From the IMG/VR virus record IMGVR_UViG_3300005289_000003, positions 1-64,000 of that record: a DNA stretch of 64,000 nucleotides; one strand, written 5' to 3'. Within the stretch, counting starts at the first letter, position 1. Each line of letters opens with the position of its first letter. Of this stretch, positions 28,486 to 35,978 are shown piece after piece. The translations under genes and the position numbers were made by a program. The notes under the pieces are model-generated. The model was given only the letters and a program-made list of their open reading frames with translations. It was not told where the DNA came from and searched no databases. This DNA comes from a virus.

Positions 28486-28584
28486 GGGGCACGATGTGGA
28501 AACGCGGGGAAGTAGGAAACAGTTTCTTCCTCCTTTATGTTTCCTATGATGACCGTTGTCACGGTTCGATTCCGGGGTGCCCCT
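28486..28584 (+). ncRNA. tRNA-like RNA, TLD-type (copy 2) with anti-SD loop
   Basis: GGGGCAC/GTGCCCC acceptor, TTCGATT T-loop, hairpin loop containing TTCCTCCTTT. Confidence 0.65.
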
Positions 28585-28960
28585 CTATTCACTCTGAAGA
28601 GTGACCTGTAAGCACACCTATAAGTAGACTCTCCCTTCTGTCTGGCAGGATAAGAGCCACGGCTAGCATGCTGTCTGTGGTGACTGAAACTGCCCCGTAC
28701 GCGGAGAATGGCAAAGGGAGCGCATGTCACGCCACTGTGGATGAGTCATAGCCCTACCGAGTGCGCCGGTTCTAAGGGGTTAGGCGTTCGTCCGGAAGAG
28801 CGCTGGAACGAATGAGGGCCTACTAGGTGGAGTCGATTGGACTACTCGGGTCAGGTTGTCTAGGGTCTTAGAGCTGACGCAACCTGATGCAAAAGGGACG
28901 GGTAGGAGACTGAGAAGCCGATAATGTAGGCCCTCATTTGTTTTGTCCAAAGGAGGAAAA

Positions 28961-29287
28961 ATGACAGATTTCATTATTGGCTGGATTCTTCCACCATTGA
29001 TGGTTATCGTGCTAGTAATCATGAATGTGTGTGGATACATGACAAAGAAGGGATACGATAAATACGTATGCCTGTCATGGGGAATAATGGCTATTTATTC
29101 TCTCGTCAAGGTTGATATCGGCGGGATAATCATCTACCTTACTTTTTCTCTTTATCACGGTTACAAGTGGTGGAAGAACCGCAAGGATGACGACTGGACC
29201 GACAAGGGTAACAAGCCAAAGCGGAAGCGTTCCCGTAACTGGGTTCCGAAGCTAAAGAACCCTGAACCAACAAAGTCGGTGGTGTAG
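28961..29287 (+). CDS. membrane protein
   Basis: AAAGGAGG SD; TM segments then WWKN..DDDW motif. Confidence 0.7.
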   Translation: MTDFIIGWILPPLMVIVLVIMNVCGYMTKKGYDKYVCLSWGIMAIYSLVKVDIGGIIIYLTFSLYHGYKWWKNRKDDDWTDKGNKPKRKRSRNWVPKLKNPEPTKSVV

Positions 29288-29388
29288 TGGCGACCGAGAA
29301 GCGTCCGCTAAGTTGCGGTTGTGTCCTGGTATTCGTGGATGGCAAGTTTTCACATCAGGACGTTAAGAACTGCAACAGAGGGCATTAG
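29287..29388 (+). CDS. 33-aa Cys/His microprotein
   Basis: TAGTG coupling; SCGC...C..GH. Confidence 0.5.
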   Translation: MATEKRPLSCGCVLVFVDGKFSHQDVKNCNRGH

Positions 29389-29482
29389 TTATTAATGGGT
29401 GGGCGAGGAAGACACCGCGCGTGGTCGGTGCTTGGAAACCGCCCTATGCCTCTGCACCAGATAGCCAGAGGTAGCCACGCAT

Positions 29483-29569
29483 GGGGAGTTGGCAGAGTGG
29501 CCGAATGCACTAGTCTTGAAAACTAGAGGGGCCTTAAAACCCCCAAGGGTTCAAATCCCTTACTCCCTT
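29483..29569 (+). tRNA. tRNA-Ser(TGA)
   Basis: loop CTTGAAA, long variable arm. Confidence 0.9.
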
Positions 29570-29570
29570 C

Positions 29571-29681
29571 GTGATACAAGAAGATGGTTGTACCTGCTGC
29601 GAGGATGGCGGGTTTACCGAGGGATATGGTAATAGCCATCGGTGCGGCAATTGTGGACACACTGAAGGAGCCCATAAGTAA
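29571..29681 (+). CDS. CxCC/CxxCxH..H microprotein 1 (36 aa)
   Basis: MIQEDGCTCCEDGGFTEGYGNSHRCGNCGHTEGAHK. Confidence 0.7.
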   Translation: MIQEDGCTCCEDGGFTEGYGNSHRCGNCGHTEGAHK

Positions 29682-29821
29682 TGGCCGAATGTACCTGTTG
29701 CACAAATGGTGCCTTTGTTGAAGGACTCAACCCGAACCTGTGTAACAACTGCTTTCACCTGAAGTCGCTTCACTCCATCGTGGTGAGCTTCTTCAAGTTC
29801 TGGAATAGGATTAGCTTCTGA
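29681..29821 (+). CDS. CxCC/CxxCxH..H microprotein 2 (46 aa)
   Basis: MAECTCCTNGAFVEGLNPNLCNNCFHLKSLH...; TAATG coupling. Confidence 0.8.
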   Translation: MAECTCCTNGAFVEGLNPNLCNNCFHLKSLHSIVVSFFKFWNRISF

Positions 29822-29934
29822 TGGGTGTCTGTATCTGCTGCCTCTTTGGTGACTTCAAGGGTGGTGGCGAAAAGGACATCAAGGATATATGCGGGTGTGG
29901 CCATCACAGGAAAGACCACCAGAAGAGGTTTTAA
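29821..29934 (+). CDS. CxCC/CxCxH..H microprotein 3 (37 aa)
   Basis: MGVCICCLFGDFKGGGEKDIKDICGCGHHRKDH...; TGATG coupling. Confidence 0.8.
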   Translation: MGVCICCLFGDFKGGGEKDIKDICGCGHHRKDHQKRF

Positions 29935-30047
29935 TGTTCTTCTTTCTCTTCGGAGCATGTAGTTGCTGCTTGGCAGGCTCCTTCTCTGAGGGTGGCAACG
30001 ACGGTAAGTGCTCCCTCTGCAATCACACGTACGGAGCACACACCTAG
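29934..30047 (+). CDS. CxCC/CxxCxH..H microprotein 4 (37 aa)
   Basis: MFFFLFGACSCCLAGSFSEGGNDGKCSLCNHTYGAHT; TAATG coupling. Confidence 0.8.
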   Translation: MFFFLFGACSCCLAGSFSEGGNDGKCSLCNHTYGAHT

Positions 30048-30052
30048 AAATA

Positions 30053-30141
30053 GGTAGGGTGGCAGAGTGGCCTATTGCGCGTCCCTGCTAAGGACGTAAG
30101 GGAACAACACACCTTCCAGGGTTCGAATCCCTGCCCTACCG
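30053..30141 (+). tRNA. tRNA-Ser(GCT)
   Basis: loop CTGCTAA, long variable arm. Confidence 0.92.
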
Positions 30142-30169
30142 CGCACCATTAAAAAGGAGGAAATAAAGG

Positions 30170-30286
30170 ATGCTTTGGTACCTATTTGCAGGTTGCTACT
30201 GTTGCTTCATCGGTGACTTCATCGAGAGTGATAGCGACCGGAAAACCTGCAAGAGATGTACGCATGTGAGGGGTGCTCATTCTTAA
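30170..30286 (+). CDS. CxCC/CxxCxH..H microprotein 5 (38 aa)
   Basis: AAGGAGG SD; MLWYLFAGCYCCFIGDFIESDSDRKTCKRCTHVRGAHS. Confidence 0.85.
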   Translation: MLWYLFAGCYCCFIGDFIESDSDRKTCKRCTHVRGAHS

Positions 30287-30432
30287 TGGGCTCTTGCTCA
30301 TGCTGTAACTCTGGTGGATTCGAAGCTAGCGCTACAGCCCTCATTTGCAAACATTGTCTTCATGTCAGGTCTGCTCACTCTGGCTACTTCCACTACATGG
30401 CTTCCTTCCTCCGCTACATGACAGGAAGGTAA
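30286..30432 (+). CDS. CxCC/CxxCxH..H microprotein 6 (48 aa)
   Basis: MGSCSCCNSGGFEASATALICKHCLHVRSAH...; TAATG coupling. Confidence 0.8.
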   Translation: MGSCSCCNSGGFEASATALICKHCLHVRSAHSGYFHYMASFLRYMTGR

Positions 30433-30509
30433 ATAGCGTGGAGTATGACGGGCCTCCACGGTGGTGAACGTGCGGCCGTAGGTAGCCACCGAAACAAATC
30501 CCGTCAAAT

Positions 30510-30585
30510 GCCCCCGTAGCTTAGCCGGGTTTAAAGCGCCACCCTGTCAAGGTGGAGACCGAGGGTTCAAATCCCTTCGGGGGCG
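30510..30585 (+). tRNA. tRNA-Asp(GTC)
   Basis: cloverleaf, loop CTGTCAA. Confidence 0.92.
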
Positions 30586-30732
30586 CGTGCTACGTAATGG
30601 CAATTGCGTAGAGTCTGTGGTCAGCAACCGCCAATTGCTCCGCGCGACAGACACGCATTACGTGTGGCCGAGTGACCGGCAATGCTTTGGTGGTGGAGAT
30701 GGTCACGCTGCCTACCAGAGAGCCACACGGAA

Positions 30733-30806
30733 CGGGTCATAGCTCAATTTGGTGGAGCGCTTGGTTTGGGACCAAGAGGTTACAGGTTCAAATCCTGTTG
30801 GCCCGA
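30733..30806 (+). tRNA. tRNA-Pro(TGG)
   Basis: cloverleaf, loop TTTGGGA. Confidence 0.92.
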
Positions 30807-30902
30807 CGCGAAAGGAGGAATGATGCGTAGATTCCTGGAAGAGCTTCTAGAGAGAATCGCGGACATGAACGACAACGACACGAGAGAGCTTGGCAAGGAT
30901 CG

Positions 30903-31091
30903 GTGAGTATAGCCACCTTTGGAATCTTTTGTTTCCTCTGGTTGGCCGCTGCTTACTCGCTCTGTATTTACTTGATAAAGACAGTTCGGGACGACACGTT
31001 TAACCTTAGGGTCACAATTGCTTGCTTCTCTGTCCTGATACCTGTGGGCATCCTGCTACTGGTGGTGTCCTTTGTGTCAGTGGTGACTTAG
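30903..31091 (+). CDS. small two-TM membrane protein
   Basis: AAGGA SD; hydrophobic. Confidence 0.6.
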   Translation: MSIATFGIFCFLWLAAAYSLCIYLIKTVRDDTFNLRVTIACFSVLIPVGILLLVVSFVSVVT

Positions 31092-31114
31092 CAAGATTTG
31101 AAGGAGGAATTGAG

Positions 31115-31282
31115 ATGGGTTTCGCGATAGCCATAGTCGTCATGCTCGTTGCCCTGGTGGTTGTGATGTCTGCTCTACTGGCGGTTGACCAGCACATCCG
31201 GAACAGGCCACCCTTGGCCCCCACCATCAAGCAAGACATTGCTGAAGCGGTGGAGCGTTACCGGACGGAGCTTTACCAGTGA
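31115..31282 (+). CDS. small membrane protein
   Basis: AAGGAGG SD. Confidence 0.65.
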   Translation: MGFAIAIVVMLVALVVVMSALLAVDQHIRNRPPLAPTIKQDIAEAVERYRTELYQ

Positions 31283-31924
31283 GCTTGGTTGAAGCGATAT
31301 ACGAAACCGCGCTACTAGACATCCTGGTTGCCCTGGAAGCGGGACACCCTGAAGAAGCCGCCAGGATGGCCCGTAAGGCTCTGGGAGTACCTGACCCATC
31401 CAAGGACACCCAGGACGGTTCAGAGGCTGTCAGCGTGGCTCCTGGGGGCCTTCATGGGCTCAGTGGGCTTGAGACCTTGCCGGTACTTGTCAGGGACTCA
31501 GGGGGTATGCCCGTCAGGGGTAACGGGCTACCTCCAATCAATTGGCGTCGTCCGTGGATGAGGAAACGGTGAGCTTCTTCCGCCGTAGATTTTGGATCCG
31601 AAGTCCAGAGCAAAAAGCTTTCGCCAGGATCGTTGCCCTTGGGTGTGAGCTTCTTCAGGAAGAGTTTCCTGAACTCTCAAAGAGGGAGTTCGACGTAATA
31701 GCGGTGACGATCCTGGAAGAGCTAATGGAGTCGGATCCGGATACTCTCATTAGTCCCTCTTCGCTCGTGTGGCGCGTGAGAGAACGGGTCAGGTCTTCTA
31801 GGCTCTGATTTCGTGTGGTCTGCCTGAGGGACACTGAAGAGGGCAGGGTAACGATGGACACATAAGAGCGTGGCTCTCTAAAAGCACGTCGCTGCCCAAC
31901 CATCGCCGCACCAATGGATAAGGT

Positions 31925-32254
31925 ATGGACGAAGTAGACACTGTTAAAAGAGAAGTGTCAATAAAAGGTCAGTGGGTTGACCGGATTGTTAAAGACCCAG
32001 ACTTGTCGGAAAGAGAGAAACTTCTCCTTCTGGTTATTAGTAACTTCATGAATAGATCAGGTATAGCTTTTGTCAATAGGATGAATGTTGCTGCCTATAG
32101 TGGCATTAGCTCTGCTAAGATCAAAAGCATGGTAGAAAGTCTAGCCGAAAGACATTACCTATCCGTTAGATTCACACTCCCTGGTACAAACACAAAGAAC
32201 AGTCCAAATTATAGGAAGTTTGAAGTTCACGGATTGATAGAAGCGGATGGGTGA
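31925..32254 (+). CDS. winged-HTH DNA-binding protein
   Basis: DPDLS..EKLLLL.I...A..SG.S...I...V.SL...YL pattern. Confidence 0.6.
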   Translation: MDEVDTVKREVSIKGQWVDRIVKDPDLSEREKLLLLVISNFMNRSGIAFVNRMNVAAYSGISSAKIKSMVESLAERHYLSVRFTLPGTNTKNSPNYRKFEVHGLIEADG

Positions 32255-32257
32255 AGC

Positions 32258-32437
32258 ATGAAGGCTGGACACATCAACGTAGGCAATGGCTTTAAGTGGA
32301 CACCAGACGATGATGATTGCGTCTGTGTGGGCAGAGAAGACGAACCAGATGAGACCAGGATTCGCATCATCTGGCGCTATAAGGACAGTCAGAGCAATTA
32401 CACCACTTCGGTATCAAGAGAAGACACGCTTTATTAA
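32258..32437 (+). CDS. 59-aa member of the small beta-barrel-like family (not in ORF track)
   Basis: MKAGHINVGNGFKW... Confidence 0.6.
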   Translation: MKAGHINVGNGFKWTPDDDDCVCVGREDEPDETRIRIIWRYKDSQSNYTTSVSREDTLY

Positions 32438-32446
32438 GGAATAACT

Positions 32447-32686
32447 ATGGGTTTCAAGTTGCGTACTTACTCCAGTGTCGCACTGTTGGTAGCGCTTATC
32501 CTGACTGCTGCTATCCTGGCGAGTTGCAAGCCTGCCGGTAGCCTTTCGGGGCCTCCCCTGGGTGTCTGCAAGTACAAGGCAAATGCCGTGGTCCTGAAGG
32601 ATGACGGTAAGTGGAAGTGCTACAGCACCAAGAAGCAGAATGGCGTCACGGTCCTGGTCCGTCAGAAGACTTGGGACAAGAAGTAA
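32447..32686 (+). CDS. putative lipoprotein
   Basis: signal peptide with LASC lipobox. Confidence 0.65.
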   Translation: MGFKLRTYSSVALLVALILTAAILASCKPAGSLSGPPLGVCKYKANAVVLKDDGKWKCYSTKKQNGVTVLVRQKTWDKK

Positions 32687-32899
32687 ATGGGGTTTTGGAG
32701 CAACGACGCTCCGAAGCAGAAGTATGGAACCCTAGGAGTGCGTTCGGAATTCAAGTTCAGCCCTAGTGGATATACCTGTATCGTCACTGGGGTATCCAAT
32801 GGTGCATACGGCAAACTAGTCATCACCTATAAGATAAAGGGTGGTGATGGTGGTACCGCCAGTATGGATGTCTACCCAACCGAGAGTTGTTACCTATGA
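32687..32899 (+). CDS. small hypothetical protein (beta-barrel-like family)
   Basis: YGTLGVRSEFKF... Confidence 0.65.
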   Translation: MGFWSNDAPKQKYGTLGVRSEFKFSPSGYTCIVTGVSNGAYGKLVITYKIKGGDGGTASMDVYPTESCYL

Positions 32900-33090
32900 C
32901 TCCTGATGAACTGGCGGAATTTGCCGGTAGGTTTATGTTCCTGCTAGACAAAGACTGGGTTTACCGCGCTCCTGAGACGTTCATCAAGCCTGCCCGTATC
33001 TGGTGGGCTCTAGCGAATAAGAATTGGGAGATGGCAAACCGGTTGCTATCGGAGCTTGAATCCGATAGCGTCTAAACAACTGAATACATG

Positions 33091-33162
33091 GTGTCTGTGG
33101 CAGAGTGGCTATGCACTGGATTGTGGGTCCAGACCACGTGGGTTCAAATCCCACCAGACACA
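33091..33162 (+). tRNA. tRNA-His(GTG)
   Basis: loop TTGTGGG; G at -1; A73 instead of the usual bacterial C73. Confidence 0.88.
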
Positions 33163-33163
33163 C

Positions 33164-33307
33164 GAGGTACCGAAGCGAAGAAGACGGATACTTCAATGGA
33201 TAAACCGTAGGTCGTTGGTTCAAATCCAACCCTCCCAACCATTGGGAGGTAGCTCAGTGGTTAGAGCAACGGTGAAAAGACTGTCTTCGATTATTTCTCG
33301 GTACCTC
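33164..33307 (+). ncRNA. Y RNA 1, YrlA-like (circularly permuted tRNA domain)
   Basis: terminal stem + GAAGCG-N8-GGATACTTC...TATTTCTC; T arm, acceptor, D arm order. Confidence 0.85.
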
Positions 33308-33313
33308 CCAGTT

Positions 33314-33453
33314 TGGCACTGAAGCGGAAGGTAAGGGTTACTCCTAATATGAATAGGGTAGACCAGGTTCGAATCCTGGCCGCTCCACAATAAGGGGCGG
33401 TAGTGTAATGGCAGCACACTAAAAATACCCAAACCTAATATTTCTCAGTGCCA
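33314..33453 (+). ncRNA. Y RNA 2, YrlA-like (circularly permuted tRNA domain)
   Basis: same conserved helix; CCAGG-TTCGAAT-CCTGG, then acceptor, then D arm. Confidence 0.85.
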
Positions 33454-33460
33454 CCCAGTT

Positions 33461-33585
33461 TGACCCGAAGCGTAGTAACTGGTTACTTCTCTCCGCCAGG
33501 GCCTAGCCCGGAGGGCACCTACTTCCAAGCTTTTAAACTTGGTTTCGTAGGAACCTGTGTGCCAATTACGATATTTCTCGGGTCG
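33461..33585 (+). ncRNA. Y RNA-like 3 (non-tRNA insert)
   Basis: GACCCGAAGCG-N8-GGTTACTTC...TATTTCTCGGGTC. Confidence 0.78.
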
Positions 33586-33592
33586 CCTAGAC

Positions 33593-33758
33593 GGCTTCAG
33601 AAGCGAAGAGAGAAGATACTTCTACAGAGAAAGAAAGTCCGTCCGACCAACGGCGCGCTACCTACTCCACACGTCATTGAGTAGGAGCAAGGGTGTAATT
33701 ACCAGATGTTGTGATTTGTTAATACCACCCGTCTTTTCTCAAGTATTACTCTGAAGTC
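33593..33758 (+). ncRNA. Y RNA-like 4 (non-tRNA insert)
   Basis: GGCTTCAGAAGCG-N8-AGATACTTC...TATTACTCTGAAGTC. Confidence 0.75.
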
Positions 33759-33765
33759 TCCTTGT

Positions 33766-33858
33766 TGGGTCAGAAGCGGACGGATAGGTTACTTCACAAA
33801 CACCACTATTAATGGTGTCTCTAAGAGACAAACTTATTCGAATTATTTCTCTGACCCA
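33766..33858 (+). ncRNA. Y RNA-like 5 (short insert)
   Basis: TGGGTCAGAAGCG-N8-GGTTACTTC...TATTTCTCTGACCCA. Confidence 0.78.
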
Positions 33859-33862
33859 CCCT

Positions 33863-33949
33863 AAAGCAAGAGGCACCGAAGCGGAGAATACGGTTACTTC
33901 TTTCGGCTGATAGATCCGTATTCGTTTATTACTCGGTGCTCCTTGCTTT
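33863..33949 (+). ncRNA. Y RNA-like 6 (minimal; just upstream of the Ro60 RBS)
   Basis: GGCACCGAAGCG-N8-GGTTACTTC...TATTACTCGGTGCT; extended stem ending in T run. Confidence 0.75.
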
Positions 33950-33976
33950 TATTACTCTCCCGAAAGGAGAAGCGGC

Positions 33977-35584
33977 ATGGGAAAGCTAGGTAAGCAAAGC
34001 GCAAAGCTTCAGGTGGAAAGTGCGAACAAGAAGGCTGGACTGATTCGCACCAGCGGGGGAAAGACCACCACTCATGAAGGTGGAACCGGGCACCTACGCG
34101 ATACCAAGTCGGAACTATTCCTTCTTGGTGTTACCAACATGGTGTCTGAGCAAACCTTCTATGAGCGCGGTTCGGATCGTGACAAGCGCTTTATGGGTCT
34201 GCTCATCACGGTGACCCATCAGGATGCCGATTGGGTATCTCGGTTCCTACCGTGGCTACGCGGACCAGGCAACATGAGAACCGCTTCTATCGTCGGTGCG
34301 GCTGTCTATGCCCGCACCGTCCTGTCCATGGCTCCTGAGGCACGTGAGGCTCTTTACAGGGCTTTCCCTGGGGCCACGGTCCGGAAGGTTGTGGCGTCCG
34401 TCCTACAGCGTCCCGACGAACCAGCAGAGTTCATCTCCTACTGGCTTCAGGGAAGTGACACCAAGACGCTTCCTGGTGGCGTGCAGCGTGGTCTAGCCGA
34501 CGCGGTAAAGCGTCTGTACACGGAACGGAACTCCCTGAAGTACGACGGACAGAACCAGCCATGGCGTATGTCTGACGTGATTCAGTTGGTTCACCCGGAC
34601 CCTGATACTGAGGTTCAGTCTCTTCTTTTCGATTACCTTGCCAAGAAGCGCTTCAGCGGAAGCGAAGCGGTAATCCCAGACGAACTCTTGATGCTTCAGG
34701 CAAACAGGAAGCTCTACGAAATCCCTCAGGAGCTACGTCGGGAGCGTCTGGCAGCAGACCCGAAGTCAATGGCTACCATTCTCCGGAGTGGTGGCATGAC
34801 CTGGGAATCACTAGCAACGTGGCTAGGTGGTCCTCTGGGTAAGGAAGGTTGGGAGGCAATTGCTCCTAGCCTGGGAATCTTCGCTCTGGTCCGGAACCTT
34901 CGGAACATCAGTGAAGCTGGAGTGAGCAACGAGGTTCAGGAAGCCCTAGCGGCAAAGATTTCTGACCCTCAGGTAATTGCCAACTCTCGTATGTTCCCTC
35001 TTCGCTTCTACACGGCGTATCGGGAAGCCACGAACGTCATATGGAGCTACCCCCTTGAGAAGGCCCTGATGGCTTCTCTGGGGAACATTCCGAAGTTGGA
35101 CGGCCGAACGCTGGTACTGATCGACCAATCAGGTTCGATGAATTTTTCTATGTCGAACAAGTCCACCGTGCGACTCTCGGAACAGGCTGCCTTGTTCGGT
35201 ATCGCTCTGGGCATGGCTGCCGACAATGCGGATGTCTACGTCTACGGGAATTCTCACAAGGAAATCCCGCTACCCAAGGGTGGTTCAATCCTGCCGCTTG
35301 TCGCTAAGTACGGTCAGGCTGATATGGGTGGAACCCAGACATGGACCACTGCCAGATCCCTTTACCGGGGTCATGACAGAATCGTTATCGTGACGGATGA
35401 GCAGAGCCACGATAGCGCGTACGGAATTCCGGATATCCCCATCGTGACCTTCAACGTTGAGGGCTACAAGGCTGCCCACACGGAATCCTCAAAGAAGAGA
35501 ATCACCGTGGGTGGTCTGTCGGATGGTGGGTTCAGCCTGATTCAGGCCATGGACTCCGCCGGTAAGGGTGAGTGGCCTTTCTGA
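33977..35584 (+). CDS. rsr: Ro60/Rsr TROVE-domain RNA-binding protein with vWA domain
   Basis: TTTHEGG.G, FYE, R.D, KY, H P, TWE, ALVRNLRN, SRMFP.RFY; vWA MIDAS DQSGSM, GGT, TDEQ. Confidence 0.93.
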   Translation: MGKLGKQSAKLQVESANKKAGLIRTSGGKTTTHEGGTGHLRDTKSELFLLGVTNMVSEQTFYERGSDRDKRFMGLLITVTHQDADWVSRFLPWLRGPGNMRTASIVGAAVYARTVLSMAPEAREALYRAFPGATVRKVVASVLQRPDEPAEFISYWLQGSDTKTLPGGVQRGLADAVKRLYTERNSLKYDGQNQPWRMSDVIQLVHPDPDTEVQSLLFDYLAKKRFSGSEAVIPDELLMLQANRKLYEIPQELRRERLAADPKSMATILRSGGMTWESLATWLGGPLGKEGWEAIAPSLGIFALVRNLRNISEAGVSNEVQEALAAKISDPQVIANSRMFPLRFYTAYREATNVIWSYPLEKALMASLGNIPKLDGRTLVLIDQSGSMNFSMSNKSTVRLSEQAALFGIALGMAADNADVYVYGNSHKEIPLPKGGSILPLVAKYGQADMGGTQTWTTARSLYRGHDRIVIVTDEQSHDSAYGIPDIPIVTFNVEGYKAAHTESSKKRITVGGLSDGGFSLIQAMDSAGKGEWPF

Positions 35585-35787
35585 TGAAAGTAACCATTGG
35601 GGAACTAATGGATACCATCAACAAGGTTCTAAATGACCCTGACAACCCATTCGACATGGGGCCTGATACGGAAGTGGTGGTGAGTCGCGGTATCTTTCAT
35701 CCGGACTCACCAGAAGGGAAATTCCAGGTACTAATGGTTGCCCCTTATCAGGGTAAACTTCATCTGGTAGTTTCCAAGCTTCACTGA
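35583..35787 (+). CDS. hypothetical protein coupled to Ro60 (ATG at 35584)
   Basis: TGATG overlap; MKVTIGELM... Confidence 0.6.
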
Positions 35788-35792
35788 ATGAT

Positions 35793-35873
35793 GTGGTCTA
35801 GCACCTAGGTAAGACTCTGTACTAAGGCGCCTTAGGTGTTTGCGTCGATAGATCGGGTAGTGCAGAGCACCAC
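35793..35873 (+). ncRNA. compact pseudoknotted RNA
   Basis: interleaved 9- and 10-bp helices inside a closing stem. Confidence 0.55.
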
Positions 35874-35876
35874 TAT

Positions 35877-35950
35877 GGATCGCTAGCTCAATTGGTCAGA
35901 GCAATGCGCTCTTAACGCATAGGTTCAGGGTTCGAGTCCCTGGCGATCCA
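35877..35950 (+). tRNA. tRNA-Lys(CTT)
   Basis: cloverleaf, loop CTCTTAA. Confidence 0.92.
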
Positions 35951-35978
35951 CTTAATAGTCCTGTGGTAGAGTGCAGTT

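Noticed and set aside
26613-28584. tmRNA
   Set aside because: The elements are ~100 nt and lack G3-U70, a tag ORF and pseudoknots; no tmRNA recognised in the window
28593-28700. Hammerhead ribozyme (CTGAAGA...GAAAC)
   Set aside because: No complementary stem II between the core motifs
29523-30507. Minus-strand ORFs listed in the track (29523, 29534, 29770, 30298)
   Set aside because: They are shadows of the plus-strand microprotein array and tRNAs
33056-33754. ORF-track proteins across tRNA-His and the Y RNAs (33056, 33220, 33448, 33557)
   Set aside because: They overlap clear RNA genes and have no SD or protein motifs
33164-33949. Repeat-spacer appearance suggesting a CRISPR array
   Set aside because: Repeats are short split motifs within covarying stems, unit lengths vary from 87 to 166 nt, and the neighbour is Ro60, not cas genes
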